From positions 1,470,001-1,502,000 of the forward strand of contig NC_008789.1 of the NCBI RefSeq assembly GCF_000015585.1: a DNA stretch of 32,000 nucleotides, given 5' to 3'. Positions 16,648 through 23,537 of this stretch are shown here, one piece after another. The DNA is from Halorhodospira halophila SL1. Lineage in GTDB: Bacteria; Pseudomonadota; Gammaproteobacteria; Nitrococcales; Halorhodospiraceae. Under the pieces are notes generated by a model. It saw only the letters and a program-made list of their open reading frames with translations, did not search any database and was not told the origin of the DNA. The stretch's first letter is position 1; each line of letters starts with the position of its first letter. Position numbers and translations under genes: made by a program.

Positions 16648-18000
16648 ATGCGCCTGACACGCCGTGCCGTCTACTTCGCGCCCTGCCTGCTCGCCCTCGG
16701 CGGCATCGCCACCAGCGCCCACGGCGCCGCCTTCCAGCTCCAGGAGCAGAGCGCCTCGCTGCTCGCCAGCGCCTTCGCCGGGCGCAGCGCCGACGCCGGG
16801 GACATCAGCCACATGTTCTTCAACCCCGCCACCCTGGGGGTCCACGCCGGCCGCGGCCCCGAGGCCGAGCTGGTGCTGAGCTACATCGACCCGACCTTCG
16901 ACTTTGAGGCAGACAGCGACCCTGGCTGGAGTGCGGTTGGCGGTGACACCGGCCAGCTGAGTGCCAGCGGCGGCGAGAGCGCCCTGGCCCCGGTCTTCTA
17001 CGCCGGCTTCGACCTGGCCCCGGACCTGCGCGCCGGCCTCGGCATCAACGTCCCCTACGGCCTGGAGACCGACTACCCCGAGGACTGGGTGGGCCGCTAC
17101 GACGCCGTCAACACCGATCTGGTCACCGTCGACATCAACCCGCAGCTCGGCTGGCGGTTGGACGAGCAGCTCGCCCTGGGCCTCGGGGTGTCGGCCCAGT
17201 ACGCCGATGCGACGTTGTCCACAATGGCGCCGGAGACAGATTTTTCTACAACGCCTGCAACACCAACACCAACACCAACACCAGCTAACGACGGGAAACT
17301 CACCGTCGACGGCGACAGCTGGTCGTATAGCTTCAACCTGGGCGCCCACTACGCCGTCACCGAGGACACCCAACTCGGCGTCGCCTACCGCCACGGCCTC
17401 GGCCATACCCTCTCCGGCGAGGCGGAGTTAGTGGATGATGGGGGTGTCACCGTGGATGAGACCGGTGGCGAGGCGGATCTGGATATCCCGGCCAGCCTCA
17501 ACCTCGGCGTCAGCCACCAGCTGGACCCGCAATGGACCCTGCTCGCCGACGCCACCTGGACCCAGTGGAGCGATTTCGAGGAGCTCGCCATTGAGTTCGA
17601 TGACGGTATTGTCGGAATTCCTCAGGGACAAAATTCCTACGCAGTTACTGACGAGCAGGCCTACGAAGAATACGACTGGGACGACACCTGGTTCCTCTCC
17701 CTGGGCACCCGCTACGACGCCAGCGAGCAGTGGGACCTGCGGGCCGGCCTCGCCTACGACCAGACCCCCACCGGCGACAGCAACCGCACGCCGCGCATCC
17801 CCGACGAGGACCGCACCTGGCTGGCCGTCGGCGGTACCTGGTCCCCCGCCCAGGCCGATCAGCTCCGCGTCGACTTCGGCTACACCTACATCTGGCTCGA
17901 CGACGCCGACATCGAGGTAGCCGAGGACTTCGGTGGCGTCACCGGCGAGTACGAGTCCAACGTCCAGGTCTTCACCACCTCGGCCAACTGGCGCTTCTAG
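16648..18000 (+). CDS. fadL: FadL/OmpP1/TodX-family outer-membrane hydrophobic-compound channel
   Basis: Has a signal peptide ending AHG|AAF. The N-terminal hatch motif is AAFQLQEQSASLLASAFAG...FFNPA. The C-terminal beta-signal ends in F (SANWRF). A GGAGGA RBS precedes the start. Confidence 0.85.
   Translation: MRLTRRAVYFAPCLLALGGIATSAHGAAFQLQEQSASLLASAFAGRSADAGDISHMFFNPATLGVHAGRGPEAELVLSYIDPTFDFEADSDPGWSAVGGDTGQLSASGGESALAPVFYAGFDLAPDLRAGLGINVPYGLETDYPEDWVGRYDAVNTDLVTVDINPQLGWRLDEQLALGLGVSAQYADATLSTMAPETDFSTTPATPTPTPTPANDGKLTVDGDSWSYSFNLGAHYAVTEDTQLGVAYRHGLGHTLSGEAELVDDGGVTVDETGGEADLDIPASLNLGVSHQLDPQWTLLADATWTQWSDFEELAIEFDDGIVGIPQGQNSYAVTDEQAYEEYDWDDTWFLSLGTRYDASEQWDLRAGLAYDQTPTGDSNRTPRIPDEDRTWLAVGGTWSPAQADQLRVDFGYTYIWLDDADIEVAEDFGGVTGEYESNVQVFTTSANWRF
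17259..17282 (+). repeat. Perfect in-frame hexanucleotide microsatellite (AACACC)x4 inside fadL, encoding (TP)4
   Basis: Read directly from the sequence: four identical AACACC units at 17259-17282, in frame as ACA CCA codons. Confidence 0.95.
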
Positions 18001-18006
18001 GGGCGT

Positions 18007-18042
18007 CGCCGCCGGGCGCGGCCCCCCGCGCGTCCGGCGGCG
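18007..18042 (+). terminator. GC-rich hairpin downstream of fadL; candidate terminator
   Basis: CGCCGCCGGGCGCGG-cccc-CCGCGCGTCCGGCGGCG gives 9+6 bp of pairing with a 2-nt bulge. There is no U-tract. Confidence 0.45.
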
Positions 18043-18087
18043 GACGATGCCACAATGGCAGGGTGTTCACGGGCAGGAGGAGTGATC

Positions 18088-18630
18088 ATGGCAGAGACCC
18101 GCGCGGCGACCTTCGGCGGCGGCTGCTTCTGGTGCATCGAGGGGGTCTTCCAGCGCCTAAGGGGCGTGGAGGCCGTCGTCTCCGGCTACGCCGGCGGCGA
18201 GGTCGAGGCCCCCACCTACCGCCAGGTCTGCACCGGCACCACGGGCCACGCCGAGGTGGTGCAGGTGCGCTTCGACCCCGAGCAGATCAGCTACCGTGAG
18301 CTGCTCGAGGTCTTCTTCACCATCCACGACCCCACGCAGCGCAACCGGCAGGGGCCGGATGTGGGCAGCCAGTACCGCTCCATCATTCTCTACACCGACG
18401 AGGAGCAGCGGCGCACCGCCGTCGAGGTGATCGGCGAGATCGACGCCGCCGGCGAACTGCCGGCACCGGTGGTCACCGAGGTGGAGCCCCTCTACACCTT
18501 CTATCCCGCCGAGCCAGAGCACCAGCGCTACTACGACGGCGCCCCGGAGGCGCCCTACTGCCGGGCGATGATCGCGCCGAAGATCGCCCGCGCCCGGGAG
18601 CGCTACCCGGACCGGTTCGCCGAAGGCTAG
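18088..18630 (+). CDS. msrA: Peptide methionine-(S)-sulfoxide reductase MsrA
   Basis: Motifs GGGCFWCIE, TGHAEVVQVRFDP, HDPTQRNRQGPDVGSQYRS. Start chosen at the ATG at 18088, 7 nt after AGGAGG; the track ORF starts at 18055. Confidence 0.9.
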   Translation: MAETRAATFGGGCFWCIEGVFQRLRGVEAVVSGYAGGEVEAPTYRQVCTGTTGHAEVVQVRFDPEQISYRELLEVFFTIHDPTQRNRQGPDVGSQYRSIILYTDEEQRRTAVEVIGEIDAAGELPAPVVTEVEPLYTFYPAEPEHQRYYDGAPEAPYCRAMIAPKIARARERYPDRFAEG

Positions 18631-18690
18631 CCGCAACCGCCGCCCTGGCGCATACTGCCAGCGGTCGGAATCATTGCAAGGAGCCAGGGT

Positions 18691-19488
18691 ATGACCCCGA
18701 CCATCACCGTCTCCGAGCTCGCCGTGCTGCTGGTGGAGCCCTCGGACGTGCAGCGCCGCATCCTCGCCGAGAGCCTGCGCGAGGCCGGCATTCACCACCT
18801 GGAGGCGACCGCCTCGCTGGCCGAGGCCCGCGAACGCTTCCGGGCCATGCGGCCGGATCTGGTGATCAGCGCCATGTACCTGCCCGACGGCACCGCCGAG
18901 GACTTCCTGCTGGAGCTGCGCAACGACCCGGCCACGGCCGATCAGCCCTTCATGCTGGTCTCCAGCGTGCGCGACCGCCAGCAGCTAGAGACCCTGCGCC
19001 AATCCGGGGTCATGGCCATCCTGCCCAAACCGTTCTCCGCCGAGGACTTGGACCGGGCGGTGCGCGCCAGCGTCGATCTGCTCAGCGAGCAGGAGTTCGA
19101 ACTCGACCACGTGGACATCACCACCCTGCGCTTCCTGCTGGTGGACGACAGCCGCATGGCCCGCAGCTACCTGCGCCGGGTCTTCGAGACCCTGGGCGCG
19201 GATCACTTCGTCGAGGCCAGCAATGGCCGGGAGGCGGTGGAGGCGCTGCACCGATCGAGCTTCGATCTGATCGTCACCGACTACAACATGCCGGAGATGG
19301 ACGGCGCCGAGCTGGCCCGCTACGTCCGCCAGCAGCCGGAGTTCCTCCACCTGCCCATCCTCATGATCAGCTCGACGCCGGATCAGGCCAGCCTGGCGGG
19401 GGTCGCCCAGGCCGGGGTGGACACCATCTGCGACAAGCCCTTCGAGCCCGAGACAGCCCGCCAGACGCTGCTGCGCCTGTTCAGCTAG
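18691..19488 (+). CDS. Stand-alone response regulator with two tandem receiver (REC) domains and no output domain
   Basis: The second domain is canonical (LLVDDS, DLIVTDYNMPEMDG, MISS, DKPF). The first domain is REC-like (LPKPF) but has Ala where the phospho-acceptor Asp is expected (DLVISAMYLPDG). An AAGGAG RBS precedes the start. Confidence 0.8.
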   Translation: MTPTITVSELAVLLVEPSDVQRRILAESLREAGIHHLEATASLAEARERFRAMRPDLVISAMYLPDGTAEDFLLELRNDPATADQPFMLVSSVRDRQQLETLRQSGVMAILPKPFSAEDLDRAVRASVDLLSEQEFELDHVDITTLRFLLVDDSRMARSYLRRVFETLGADHFVEASNGREAVEALHRSSFDLIVTDYNMPEMDGAELARYVRQQPEFLHLPILMISSTPDQASLAGVAQAGVDTICDKPFEPETARQTLLRLFS

Positions 19489-20573
19489 GCGCGGGCGCTT
19501 CGCCCACCGCGCGCCACGAACCAGGCCCAGTGGGCGGCGCGCCAGACCGCCCGCCGAGCCGGGGCGAAGATCAGCGTGAGCATGACGCCGGCGGCGGTGC
19601 GCTCGATCCAGTCCGGCCACACCTCCCGGGCTGCCCCGACCATCGCCGTCGGCTCCAGCCCGCCCAGCGACACCACCCCGTCGATCAGCAGGCCTACGGC
19701 CAGGGCCGCGGCGACAATGCTCCCCAGGTAGGCGGTCACCGCGGCAGTTCCCAGTTCGCGCCGCAGAACCAGCAGCGTGGCCAGACTAGTGACCGGTCCG
19801 GCGATGAGGAAGACCAGCACCGCCCCGGGGGAGACCCCAGCGATCAGCATCGCCGCAGCCACCGGTGTGGCCGCCGTGGCGCAGATGTACAGCGGGATTC
19901 CCACCAGGGCCAGCACGGCCATGGCCAACAGGCCGCTGCCCCAGGTGGCCAGCGATCCCGGGGGAACGAAGGTGAGCATCAGCCCGGCCAGGATCAGGCC
20001 GATGACCACCCAGGTGCCGATGTCGTCGATGAGTTCGAGCATCACCCGGCCCATGCGGCGGAGCGGGCCGCCCTTGGCAGCACTCTCCTCGGCCGCCGCG
20101 CCCCCGTCACAACCCGCGTCGCAGCAGCCGTCGCGCTGGCTCGCCGGCCCCACCGGCCCCGGCGCAACCCGCTCCACGGCCAGCCCGGTGGCGATGGCCG
20201 TAGCCACGGCGCCGACCACCCGAGAGCCCGCCATGAACGGGCCCATCAGCACCCAGGTCAGCACCACGGAGTCGATGCCGATCCCCGGCGTACCCACCAG
20301 GAAGGCCGTCGACGCCCCCCGCGACGCTCCGTTGCGGTGGAGGGAAAGCGCGGTGGGGATGGCACCGCAGGAGCAGAGCGGCAGCGGGGCACCGATCACC
20401 GCCGCCCGGGACACCGCACCGATGCCCTGCCCGCCCAGCCACTGCCGGAGCCGGTCCGTGGGAACCAATACCTGGACGACCGCCCCCAGGGCCAGGCCGA
20501 TTAGCAGCCACGGCGCCACGGCCACGGTGATGTCGAGGATGTTGGTGCCGGCTTCGATGGCGGTCGCGATCAT
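19485..20573 (-). CDS. Predicted permease of the DUF318/ArsP / SO_0444 (Cu/Zn-efflux-like) family with a Cys-rich loop
   Basis: Start chosen at the ATG at 20573 (MIATAIEAGTNILD...), giving 362 aa. The protein is polytopic, has the family-typical PLPLCSCGAIP motif, and a central loop DGCCDAGCDGG. The 112-aa N-terminal extension in the track ORF overlaps the upstream methyltransferase gene and is rejected. Confidence 0.7.
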   Translation of the reverse strand: MIATAIEAGTNILDITVAVAPWLLIGLALGAVVQVLVPTDRLRQWLGGQGIGAVSRAAVIGAPLPLCSCGAIPTALSLHRNGASRGASTAFLVGTPGIGIDSVVLTWVLMGPFMAGSRVVGAVATAIATGLAVERVAPGPVGPASQRDGCCDAGCDGGAAAEESAAKGGPLRRMGRVMLELIDDIGTWVVIGLILAGLMLTFVPPGSLATWGSGLLAMAVLALVGIPLYICATAATPVAAAMLIAGVSPGAVLVFLIAGPVTSLATLLVLRRELGTAAVTAYLGSIVAAALAVGLLIDGVVSLGGLEPTAMVGAAREVWPDWIERTAAGVMLTLIFAPARRAVWRAAHWAWFVARGGRSARA

Positions 20574-20661
20574 GGGGCTGCCCCCGGTTGGTCCGGCCCC
20601 TATGGTGCCCGCGTCGGCTGGATTTTCGAAGGGGGATCGGCGGTATCGGGACGGCCGGCGA

Positions 20662-21258
20662 TCAACGCCGCAGCAGCCGCACCGCCTCCTCCCAGCGGCC
20701 GCTGGGGTGGGGCCACTGGCGCGGCGGCTCGGCCGGCCACTGCCAGCGCTCGCTGTCGAACAGCGTCGCCATCTCGGGGAGGGCACAGTGGAAGGGTGGG
20801 CCACCGGAGGCCCCAGTCTGCATGAACAGCGCCAGTAGCACCCCACCGGGGCGCAACCAGCCGTACAGGCGTTGCTCGTAGGCCGGCCAGTCGGCCGGAT
20901 CCAGGGCACACAGGCAGGTCTGCTCGTAGACGGCGTCGAAGGGGGTGTCCGGTTGCCAGGCCAGCAGATCGGCCTGGACCACCCGGGCCTCCACCCCGGC
21001 CGCGTCCAGGCCGTCGCGTAGTTGCTGACAGGCCTCGGCGGCGATATCCACCGCCGTGACCTTATAGCCGCGCCGGGCCAGGGCCTCGACCTCGTAGCCC
21101 CGCCCGGCCCCGGGGACCAGGACGCGCCGGCCGGGGATCACCCCAGCCGACAGCCAGGCCTCCAGGGTGGGGCTTACCCCGCCCCGGTCCCAGCCGGTGC
21201 GCCCTTCCCGCCAGCGCGCCTCCCAGGGCGCGCGACGGGGGTCCGGGTCACCGCTCAC
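20662..21258 (-). CDS. SAM-dependent methyltransferase, thiopurine/thiol/halide methyltransferase (TPMT) family
   Basis: A 198 aa ORF with a GTG start. The N-terminal W..RW.EG.TGWD pattern and the SAM motif I (VLVPGAGRGYE) are typical of bacterial Tpm-like enzymes. Confidence 0.7.
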   Translation of the reverse strand: MSGDPDPRRAPWEARWREGRTGWDRGGVSPTLEAWLSAGVIPGRRVLVPGAGRGYEVEALARRGYKVTAVDIAAEACQQLRDGLDAAGVEARVVQADLLAWQPDTPFDAVYEQTCLCALDPADWPAYEQRLYGWLRPGGVLLALFMQTGASGGPPFHCALPEMATLFDSERWQWPAEPPRQWPHPSGRWEEAVRLLRR

Positions 21259-21264
21259 AACCGC

Positions 21265-22839
21265 TCACAGATGCGGTGCCGCCGGCGGCCCCTGCCCCGG
21301 CTGCCAGGAGAGCTGCATACGCCGCTTCTCCTCCTGCAGCCCGCGGATCAGGGCGTAGCACATCAGCAGCATCAGCAGCGAGAACGGCAACGCCGCGACG
21401 ATGGCCGCCGCCTGCAGGGCAACCAAGCCACCAGCCACCAGCAGTACCGCGGCCACGCAGCCTTCGGCCACGCCCCAGAAGGCCCGCTGGTAGGTCGGCG
21501 GCTCGGTGTTGCCGACAGACAGCAGCATGGTCACCACCAGCGTCGCCGAGTCCGACGAGGTGATGAAGTAGGTGGCGATGAGGACCGTGGCGATCGCCGC
21601 AAAGATGGTGGCAATCACCCCGGGGGCCACCGCTTCGATGGTGTAGTAAAGGGCGATGGTCTCATCCTCGGACACCGCCTCGACCAGCCCCCCGGCACCG
21701 AAGAGCTCCTGGTACAGGCCGGTGCCACCGAAGACGGTCAGCCAGCCCAGGGCGAGCAGGGTCGGCACCAGCAGCACGCCGCCCAGAAACTCGCGGATGG
21801 TGCGACCGCGGGAGATGCGGGCGATGAACATACCCACGAAGGGGGCCCAGGCGATCCACCAGCCCCAATAGAAGGCCGTCCACGAGAGCTGCCAGTCGCC
21901 GGCCTCACGGGCCCCGCTGGCGTCGGTCCAGAAGCTGAGGTAGACCACGTTCTGCAGGTAGTCGCCGATGCCCTGGACGAAGCTCGAGAGCAGATAAAGG
22001 GTCGGCCCGAAGCTCAGGAAGAAGAGCAGGATCACGGCGCTGAGGATCAGGTTCAGCTGCGAGAGGACCTTCACGCCCCGCCCCACGCCGGAGATCACCG
22101 AACCCACGGCAATCAGGGTGACCACGGCGACGATCAGCAGCTGGTTGGTGACACTGAGCTCAAGCCCGGTGAGTTCGTTGAGGCCGGTGTTGATCTGGAT
22201 TGCACCGAACCCCAGGGAGGTGGCCACGCCGAAGATGGTGCCGAAGACCGCCAGGACGTCCGCCGCGTGGCCGATCGGGCCGTAGATGCGGTTGCCGATG
22301 AGCGGATAGAGCGCCGAACGGATGGCCAGCGGCAGCTTCTTGCGGTAGCAGAAGAAGGCCAGCGAAAGCGCCACGATGGCGTAGATGGCCCACGGGTGCA
22401 TACCCCAGTGGAAGTAGGTCAGGCGCATGGCCGAGTCAGCCGCGGCGGCCGTCTCACCCTCGTCGATGAAGGGGTTGCCCTGGAAGTGCCAGACCGGCTC
22501 GGCGATGCTCCAGAACAACAGGCCGATGCCCATACCGGCACCGAAGAGCATGGAGAACCAGGCGAAGTAACTGAACTCCGGTGGCCGGTCGTCGTCCCCA
22601 AGCTTGAGGTCACCGAAGCGGCTGAACATCAGGAACAGCGCGAAGAGCAGGAAGAACGCGACGACCCCGATGTAGTACCACTTGAAGGTCTCGATGACCC
22701 AGCCGCTGATGCCCTCGAAGACCGTCTCGGCGTATTCCGGATCCCAGGCACCGAAGATGAGGAAAGCGAGCACGATCAGCGTGGCCGTGCCCGTCAACGG
22801 AATATTCAGCCCTTTCAGCGGGCCTTTCTGTGCACGCAC
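21265..22839 (-). CDS. BCCT-family (betaine/carnitine/choline/ectoine-type) compatible-solute transporter
   Basis: A 524 aa ORF with about 12 TM helices. It carries the BCCT signature WTAFYWGWWIAWAPFVGMFIARISRGRTIREF. The start is GTG. Confidence 0.9.
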   Translation of the reverse strand: MRAQKGPLKGLNIPLTGTATLIVLAFLIFGAWDPEYAETVFEGISGWVIETFKWYYIGVVAFFLLFALFLMFSRFGDLKLGDDDRPPEFSYFAWFSMLFGAGMGIGLLFWSIAEPVWHFQGNPFIDEGETAAAADSAMRLTYFHWGMHPWAIYAIVALSLAFFCYRKKLPLAIRSALYPLIGNRIYGPIGHAADVLAVFGTIFGVATSLGFGAIQINTGLNELTGLELSVTNQLLIVAVVTLIAVGSVISGVGRGVKVLSQLNLILSAVILLFFLSFGPTLYLLSSFVQGIGDYLQNVVYLSFWTDASGAREAGDWQLSWTAFYWGWWIAWAPFVGMFIARISRGRTIREFLGGVLLVPTLLALGWLTVFGGTGLYQELFGAGGLVEAVSEDETIALYYTIEAVAPGVIATIFAAIATVLIATYFITSSDSATLVVTMLLSVGNTEPPTYQRAFWGVAEGCVAAVLLVAGGLVALQAAAIVAALPFSLLMLLMCYALIRGLQEEKRRMQLSWQPGQGPPAAPHL

Positions 22840-22859
22840 GATTCGCCCCCCCTGGTGCT

Positions 22860-23423
22860 CTAGAAGTACTCTTCGCCGACGTGATCGCCGTAGCCACCCA
22901 CGGCCCGGTAGACCACATCACCGCGGGAACTTTCGCGGTGGTCGACCAGTGAGACGGTGGGCTGGCGGTTCACGGCGGTCCGCTGCCCGAGATAGATGCA
23001 CACCGGGACGCCGATGTTCGTCGTCCCCACGGTGATCCACAGGCGATTGAAGCCGAAGCCACCGCCGACGAAATCGAGCTGCGTCAGTGCATTGTCGAAA
23101 CCGCCGACGAAGTAGTTGCGCTGCTCGCGGCTCGCGAAGACGTGGACCCGGATATAGGCGTGGATGAGCTCGTTCACCAGCTCCGGAAGCCGGAACTCCC
23201 CGGTGATCTCGGCACCCTCGTGGTGCTCGGCGAAGGGGTCAACGTGGACGGTCAGATCTTCAGGCTGCGGGTCGAATCGCGGCAGGTAGCGGACGTAGGC
23301 CGAGGTGTCGGCCAGGGTGTACCGAACCCGAACGATGCGCATCTGCTCGACGATCTCGCTGATGCTCAGCGCCCGCGGGTCGGAATGTTCCTCGGTGTTC
23401 ACGTTTTGCTCGTACTCGCTCAT
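22860..23423 (-). CDS. Hypothetical protein, no recognisable domain (predicted mostly beta, soluble)
   Basis: ATG at 23423 follows a GGAGG RBS, giving 187 aa (MSEYEQNVNTEEH...). It lies 20 nt upstream of the BCCT gene on the same strand. Its codon usage looks slightly less GC-biased than its neighbours. Confidence 0.6.
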   Translation of the reverse strand: MSEYEQNVNTEEHSDPRALSISEIVEQMRIVRVRYTLADTSAYVRYLPRFDPQPEDLTVHVDPFAEHHEGAEITGEFRLPELVNELIHAYIRVHVFASREQRNYFVGGFDNALTQLDFVGGGFGFNRLWITVGTTNIGVPVCIYLGQRTAVNRQPTVSLVDHRESSRGDVVYRAVGGYGDHVGEEYF

Positions 23424-23537
23424 GGAGCCTCCGTGATGTGATAACCCGGTGATGGTAATGCAAATACCGTCGCTCACCCAACCCGGGGGGTTCTCTCCCC
23501 GTCCGGCGGCACATTGCCGACGCCGGAAACCCGCTCT

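Noticed and set aside
19485-19488. A 4-bp convergent stop-codon overlap (CTAG) between the double-REC gene and the permease gene.
   Set aside because: This is a palindromic TAG/CTA coincidence, common in compact genomes. There is no hairpin or other signal implying regulated antisense interaction.
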